Source: a virus (taxonomy: Duplodnaviria; Heunggongvirae; Uroviricota; Caudoviricetes). Taken from it: a stretch of DNA of 24,486 bases. Every line of letters begins with the position of its first letter. Positions within the stretch are counted from its first letter, which is position 1. The DNA is taken from positions 1 to 24,486 of the IMG/VR virus record IMGVR_UViG_2529292836_000011, one strand, 5' to 3'. The notes beneath the pieces were generated by a model. It ran no database searches and was not told the DNA's origin. It worked only from the letters and a program-made list of their open reading frames with translations. Of this stretch, positions 19,786 to 24,486 are shown one piece after another. Position numbers and translations under genes: made by a program.

Positions 19786-19810
19786 ACCCAGCTTCGGCTG
19801 GGTTTTTTTA
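19786..19810 (+). terminator. Rho-independent terminator (ACCCAGC-TTCG-GCTGGGT then T8)
   Basis: 7-bp stem with a TTCG tetraloop followed by TTTTTTTT, between ant and the tailspike. Confidence 0.7.
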
Positions 19811-19867
19811 TGCCCAAAATTCACCGTAGCCATGCTGCGGCGATTCTTTGCATCTGGAGCAAATTAA

Positions 19868-22138
19868 ATGACAGACATTACAGCCAATGTGATCGTATCG
19901 ATGCCTTCGCAACTATTCACTATGGCTCGTTCTTTTAAAGCCGTAGCCAATGGCAAAATTTATATCGGTAAAATTGACACTGACCCGGTAAATCCTGAAA
20001 ACCGGATTCAGGTTTATGTGGAGAATGAAGACGGTTCTCACGTTCCTGTATCTCAACCAATCATCATTAACGCTGCCGGATATCCGGTATATAACGGACA
20101 GATTGCCAAATTCGTTACCGTGCAAGGCCATTCTATGGCTGTTTATGATGCATATGGTGCGCAGCAGTTCTATTTTCCGAATGTGCTGAAGTATGACCCT
20201 GATCAACTGCGATCTGAACTGGAGGGTCCTGGTGGAGCTGGATTTGTCGGAGGATTAGCAAAGCCTGTTACTTGGAGTGGTTTTGCCGGAGGTGCTGATC
20301 CTACTGGTGTGCTTGATTCAACTGCGGCGTTTCTGGCTGCCAATGCCACGAAAAGTAAAATTTATATCCCAGCGGGCACATACAAACTAACCCAAGATGT
20401 AGTGTCTGATCCCCTTACATCATGGGAAATGGAGATGGGGGTTTCATTTATAGGTGGATACTGGCTGCGTCAGGTACCTTGGTTGTCAGGTGTAGGTAAT
20501 AATATATTTTACTATCTCGAAAGACACTGTAGAAATACATTTATTGCGCCACCTGACGGCATAGGTGTTTACGGGTCGGCACACACTGCCCTCGGTGGTG
20601 CAGGCGGTGCTGCATTAGGGGTGGCAGGTACTGCGATAAACGATGATACATCTGGCTCACGATCAAGTGTGTGGGCCTTGTACGGTTCAGCTATACGCAA
20701 TGCAGGAACAATAGGAGCAAGTCACGGTCTTGAACTTGATATAGCAAACAGGGGGAATGAGCGTGAAATGTATCCTAATTCAATGTTCCCCAACGGTCAG
20801 ACTGACGCATTATGGTTAGGCTCAGGTGGTGAATTAACCCAAGCTGGAGAAGTGTTGAATGCTGCATCGGCAGCAATTGGAATAATAGCTAACGACAAAA
20901 CTGCTGGGAAAACAGCGCGCTTTCTGAAGGGCATCGTATTTGGCAGTAATAGCCTTAAAGGAACCGATGGAGAATCAACAGGTCAAGGTGTGGCAATTGC
21001 TTTTGGTAATAGGCACTCAATGACCTGGTACAACAATTTAAATCAGAAAACTTCTGAAATACTCTCTGTTTTGGAGGATGCAACCAGATCAACCAGAATG
21101 TTATTTAGTGATAATGGCGTAGTATTTACACGATTATCGTCTGGGTTGCCTATATTTGCCATAGAGTCTGGGCCTACAGTTCCTGCCAATTATCTATCCA
21201 TGCGCTCGCATACAGAATCTAATGCTCCTGCTGTTGGCGTTGCTGGAAGCGATAAAGATATTCATTTGAGGCTATCTCCAAAAGGGGATGGCATTGTAAT
21301 AGTAGACTCATCTATTGCACCATTATCACAGAACAGTAACAGCACGGTCGGAACTGCTGGTCGTGTGTGGTCTGGTGGATTCACTCAAACAGCCTTTACC
21401 GTTACTTCAGATGAGCGAGCTAAAACTGCACCTCTTGAAATCACTGATACAATACTTGACGCATGGTCAGAGGTTGACTTCGTTCAATTTCAGTATCTTG
21501 ACAGAACAGAAGAAAAAGGGGAAGACGGAGCTCGTTGGCATTTTGGCGTAATAGCTCAACGTGCAAAGGAGGCGTTTGAACGTCATGGGCTTGATGTGCA
21601 CCGATTTGGATTCTTTTGCTTTGACGAGTGGGATGATCAATATACTAAGGTTCAGACAAACGAAGGTGTAATGGTTACTAAAACTCGCATAACAACAGTT
21701 CCAGTGCAGGTTACTAAAACTCGAATTGTAAGCAAACCAGTGATGGTTACTGAGAGTCGTCAGGTATTAAAGGATGAGGTACTGGAAGACGGAACACGGA
21801 TTAAACGAGTAGTGAATGAAGAGTATCAGACTCCAAAAATGGAAATGATACCTGTTCTTAATGAAGATGGTTCACCTTTTGCGCAAAATCCATTCGTAAG
21901 CGTTCCTGTAGTTGAAGATGTAGAAGAGGAGTACATCGAGACAGAGTTTCAAGAAGTAGAAGAAGAGTATGAAGAAGAGGCAGAACCAGAATATGAAGAT
22001 ATTCTGGTCACTCCGGCAGGCTCACGTTATGGTATCCGTTATGAAGAGGCGTTAGTCCTTGAAGCTGCATTACAACGCAGGAATTACCAAAAAGCATTAT
22101 CTAGAATTGAAATGATAGAAATGAGAGAAAATATATAA
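19868..22138 (+). CDS. Tailspike: P22-type N-terminal head-binding domain, divergent receptor-binding domain, C-terminal S74-type intramolecular chaperone domain
   Basis: N-terminal ~115 aa ([11 protein letters not shown]...[21 protein letters not shown]...[12 protein letters not shown]...NVLKYDPDQ) near-match the recalled P22 gp9 N-terminus. The centre is AT-richer and Gly/Ser/Ala-rich. The C-terminus carries TSDERAKT and [13 protein letters not shown] motifs typical of autocleaving chaperone domains. Confidence 0.9.
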   Translation: MTDITANVIVSMPSQLFTMARSFKAVANGKIYIGKIDTDPVNPENRIQVYVENEDGSHVPVSQPIIINAAGYPVYNGQIAKFVTVQGHSMAVYDAYGAQQFYFPNVLKYDPDQLRSELEGPGGAGFVGGLAKPVTWSGFAGGADPTGVLDSTAAFLAANATKSKIYIPAGTYKLTQDVVSDPLTSWEMEMGVSFIGGYWLRQVPWLSGVGNNIFYYLERHCRNTFIAPPDGIGVYGSAHTALGGAGGAALGVAGTAINDDTSGSRSSVWALYGSAIRNAGTIGASHGLELDIANRGNEREMYPNSMFPNGQTDALWLGSGGELTQAGEVLNAASAAIGIIANDKTAGKTARFLKGIVFGSNSLKGTDGESTGQGVAIAFGNRHSMTWYNNLNQKTSEILSVLEDATRSTRMLFSDNGVVFTRLSSGLPIFAIESGPTVPANYLSMRSHTESNAPAVGVAGSDKDIHLRLSPKGDGIVIVDSSIAPLSQNSNSTVGTAGRVWSGGFTQTAFTVTSDERAKTAPLEITDTILDAWSEVDFVQFQYLDRTEEKGEDGARWHFGVIAQRAKEAFERHGLDVHRFGFFCFDEWDDQYTKVQTNEGVMVTKTRITTVPVQVTKTRIVSKPVMVTESRQVLKDEVLEDGTRIKRVVNEEYQTPKMEMIPVLNEDGSPFAQNPFVSVPVVEDVEEEYIETEFQEVEEEYEEEAEPEYEDILVTPAGSRYGIRYEEALVLEAALQRRNYQKALSRIEMIEMRENI

Positions 22139-22188
22139 CATGCTTTAATAAAGTAAAAATTATCAAAGGTATAAATATTTAATACAAT

Positions 22189-22218
22189 AGGCCATGCTTT
22201 CAGTGGGGAGCATGGCCT
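22189..22218. terminator. Bidirectional terminator hairpin between convergent tailspike and acetyltransferase genes
   Basis: 10-bp perfect inverted repeat AGGCCATGCT/AGCATGGCCT with a 10-nt loop, flanked by A/T-rich runs on both sides. Confidence 0.6.
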
Positions 22219-22232
22219 TAATAAATATTATT

Positions 22233-22877
22233 TTATTTTTCTGAAGCGCTTCTGTTTTCTAATATTTTTAATGGGATTTCAATATTAGACGTCCCGAAAG
22301 ATGAACCAATCAAATTCCACAGCTCATTAGGTTTTAACTTCCACCATTCAGTCTTTAATAATCTATCAATTATTTCTGGAGGATGTCTGTATCTAATAAC
22401 CTTAGCTGGTACTCCTCCTACAATTGCATATGGCGGTACATCTTTAGTAACAACAGAGCCTGCGGCAATGATGGCACCAGTTCCAATATTAACCCCTGCT
22501 AAAATTGTACATCTAGAACCAATCCATACATCATGCCCTATGATAACATCAAGATCTTTCCCAAATATGTCAGAGCTCGCCTGCCATATATGTCCTGTAG
22601 GGTTAAATCCATTTCTTAACTCAGGATCTACAACCATATTTAGCGGGTAACTTGTTAATGTATTTGTCGCATGACGACCTTGTCTTCCAACAAAAATCAC
22701 AACGTCGAAAGCTATAGAGCAATATTCACCAATTGAAAGAATTCGCTTGTCGTCATGCATCCCAATCTCAATTCTTGGTTTTCCGTATGTGTATTCACCA
22801 CACTGAATAGTCAAGAAATCTCTGCTGTAATTAGATCTTAAATAAGAAGCAGTTGATGCTGGGCCAGGAAAATTCAT
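22233..22877 (-). CDS. Hexapeptide-repeat acetyltransferase of the XAT class (Vat/CatB-like)
   Basis: 214 aa; C-terminal IGHDVWIGSRCTILAGVNIGTGAIIAAGSVVTKDVPPYAIVGGVPAKVIRYRHPPEIIDRLLKTEWWKL closely parallels recalled CatB/Vat sequences (IGNDVWIG...GDGA...VTKDV.PYAI.GG.PAK.IK.RF...I..L....WWNW). Markedly AT-rich compared with the structural genes. Confidence 0.85.
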   Translation of the reverse strand: MNFPGPASTASYLRSNYSRDFLTIQCGEYTYGKPRIEIGMHDDKRILSIGEYCSIAFDVVIFVGRQGRHATNTLTSYPLNMVVDPELRNGFNPTGHIWQASSDIFGKDLDVIIGHDVWIGSRCTILAGVNIGTGAIIAAGSVVTKDVPPYAIVGGVPAKVIRYRHPPEIIDRLLKTEWWKLKPNELWNLIGSSFGTSNIEIPLKILENRSASEK

Positions 22878-23152
22878 TGTTATACCTATAGATAATTACT
22901 AAATTCTTGTAAATATAGCTTCATGTTAATAGATAAAACTGCAATTGGTACAATACCACATATTGTCTTTGTTTGAACACTAAGATTGCAAACGCTTGTC
23001 TACTAAGTGGGCACTGAAGGATCGCGATCCGCAGACACATCAAGCAAGTCAGCATTCTATGGCGTGCTGTTACCGATGAAACAAAACGGAGACACACAAA
23101 GCTTTGCACTGGATTGCAAGGCTTTGTGCTCTTCGATAGTTGTTAAGGTGGA

Positions 23153-24310
23153 TCACTCCACCTTTTCATCAATCCAGTCAGCCCACCACTGCATCATTTC
23201 TCTGCGTTTATCGAGATACTGAGCATGGTTGTAAATCCCACGCACAGATCCGCCGTTGGCATGTGCCAGTTGCACTTCAATAGCGTCAGCAGGCCATTCG
23301 TGCTCGTTCATAATTGTGCTGAATTCATGCCTGAATCCGTGACCGCTTTCCAGACCCTCATAGCCGATTTGTTTGATCACAAGTAATACCGCGTTCTCGC
23401 AGATTGGCTTTTTCTTATCGTTGCGCCCGGAAAAAACAAACTCTGATACTGGTTTGGTGATTGAGCTTAGCGTAGTGAGAAGTTCAACCCCCTGGTCTGA
23501 CATCGGTACTACATGAATCTTGCGGCCCTTCATCACACTGGCGTCGATGGTGATAATCCTGTTTTCAAAATCGACGTTCTTCCATAGCATGGAACGAAGC
23601 TCTTTCGTTCTTAGGGCTGTGTAGCGTAAAACTTTGGTCGCAATGAGCGATACGATACTTCCTGAAAATGTTGCCAGTGCTTTGTTGAATGCCGGGATCT
23701 GGTCGGCAGGTAAAAACGGGAAGTTCTTCTTGCGATATCCTTTCATGGCGTCTGCAAGGTCAGGTGCCGGGTTATATTTAGCCCTTCCGGTGACAATAGC
23801 GTAACGGAAAACCTCGCCGCATCTTCTACGTGCTTTGTTGGCTCGCTCCATTGCACCGCGATATTCAAATCTGCGGATTACTTCCAGCAGTTGTATCGGC
23901 TCAATATCCTGAATTTCAAGGCCGCCGATGATAGGTAAAATGTCGTCGTCAAACATTTTGGCAAGTTCGTTTGCATAGCCTACTGACCAGACTTGCTTCT
24001 TGTGCTCGTACCATTCCTTGTAAATCGCACTAAAGGAATTGTTGTTAGACGAAGCCTTTTTCGCCCTTACCGGATCGATGCCAACCGAGATGTCTTTCCT
24101 CGCAGTCCATGCCTTATCCCTTGCTTCCTGCAAAGTCATAAGCGGATATTTTCCGACAGTCAGGATTTTCTCCTTACCGTCAATCTTGTAGCGAAGCTGC
24201 CATACCTTTTTCCCTGATACAGGGACATAAAGGTACAGGCCATTACCATCGAGTAGGCGGTATGGTTTTTCTTTCGGCTTTGCTGCTTCAATCTGCTTAA
24301 CGGTGAGCAT
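23153..24310 (-). CDS. intS: Tyrosine integrase, P4-type (IntS-like)
   Basis: N-terminus LTVKQIEAAKPKEKPYRLLDGNGLYLYVP, catalytic box HGFRHEF and C-terminal Tyr region RGIYNHAQY. Adjacent to a tRNA 3' end. The ATG at 24310 is preferred to the ORF-track GTG at 24346. The intS symbol is by analogy with argW-site integrases. Confidence 0.9.
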   Translation of the reverse strand: MLTVKQIEAAKPKEKPYRLLDGNGLYLYVPVSGKKVWQLRYKIDGKEKILTVGKYPLMTLQEARDKAWTARKDISVGIDPVRAKKASSNNNSFSAIYKEWYEHKKQVWSVGYANELAKMFDDDILPIIGGLEIQDIEPIQLLEVIRRFEYRGAMERANKARRRCGEVFRYAIVTGRAKYNPAPDLADAMKGYRKKNFPFLPADQIPAFNKALATFSGSIVSLIATKVLRYTALRTKELRSMLWKNVDFENRIITIDASVMKGRKIHVVPMSDQGVELLTTLSSITKPVSEFVFSGRNDKKKPICENAVLLVIKQIGYEGLESGHGFRHEFSTIMNEHEWPADAIEVQLAHANGGSVRGIYNHAQYLDKRREMMQWWADWIDEKVE

Positions 24311-24471
24311 GGGTAAAAATCCGGTGGGTAAAATTATTTTATCCACTTTTTACCCGTCATGGAGTGCGGCTGTCAACGATCTGACGCGAACCATGACGAA
24401 CTGTGAATATACGGAAGGCTTGATATTCAGGGGATTTTGCGGACTGGTACGGATGGTAGCGAACTGATAAA

Positions 24472-24486
24472 TGGTGTCCCCTGCAG
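24472..24486 (-). tRNA. argW: 3' end of a tRNA gene (acceptor arm plus CCA), consistent with tRNA-Arg argW; truncated by the window edge
   Basis: Reverse complement of the last 15 nt is CTGCAGGGGACACCA, matching the recalled 3' end of E. coli argW (...GGTTCGATTCCTGCAGGGGACACCA). Location next to the integrase start fits an attL. Confidence 0.5.

Larger units (their letters stand above)
1..24471 (+). mobile_element. P22-like (Sf6/CUS-3-like) prophage, att-proximal portion; extends beyond the left edge of the window
   Basis: Gene order small terminase, large terminase, portal, scaffold, coat, gp4, gp10, gp26, gp14, gp7, gp20, gp16, mnt/arc/ant, tailspike matches the P22 late operon. Tyrosine integrase lies next to a tRNA 3' end at the right edge. 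Lysis genes at the left edge. Confidence 0.85.

Noticed and set aside
22233-22877. NeuO-type phase-variable heptanucleotide repeats (AAGACTC) at the 5' end of the acetyltransferase
   Set aside because: No tandem heptad repeats are visible near the start codon on either strand, so phase variation of the CUS-3 NeuO kind is not supported.
22878-23152. Second att core between the acetyltransferase and the integrase
   Set aside because: No copy of the tRNA 3'-end segment (TGGTGTCCCCTGCAG or its complement) occurs there, so this is not a junction between two tandem elements.
1-24486. CRISPR arrays or other regularly spaced direct repeats
   Set aside because: No repeat-spacer periodicity was seen; the only repeats are the short operator half-sites, the coding tandem repeat in the tailspike and one 14-mer pair.

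Overview
This window is the attachment-site-proximal ~24.5 kb of a P22-like (Sf6/CUS-3-like) prophage on the + strand, ending in a P4-type integrase next to the 3' end of a tRNA on the - strand. From left to right it holds: a decayed lysis cassette (endolysin C-terminal fragment with no start codon, intact Rz/Rz1 spanins); two small phage proteins; a complete head/ejection module in P22 gene order (small and large terminase, portal, scaffold, coat, gp4-, gp10-, gp26-, gp14-, gp7-, gp20-, gp16-like); an immI-like control region (mnt, arc, ant); a tailspike with a P22-type N-terminal head-binding domain; an AT-rich XAT-family hexapeptide acetyltransferase; the integrase; and the last 15 nt of a tRNA-Arg-like gene. 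The best candidate for an undescribed system is the accessory island at about 15.76-18.12 kb, between the gp16-like ejection gene and mnt. It carries a small membrane protein, a 331-aa hypothetical protein behind two palindromic operator repeats, a 61-aa coiled-coil protein, and a truncated ClpP-like serine-peptidase homologue whose start overlaps the mnt stop (TAATG). All family assignments rest on motif recognition and recalled homologue sequences, not on a database search.
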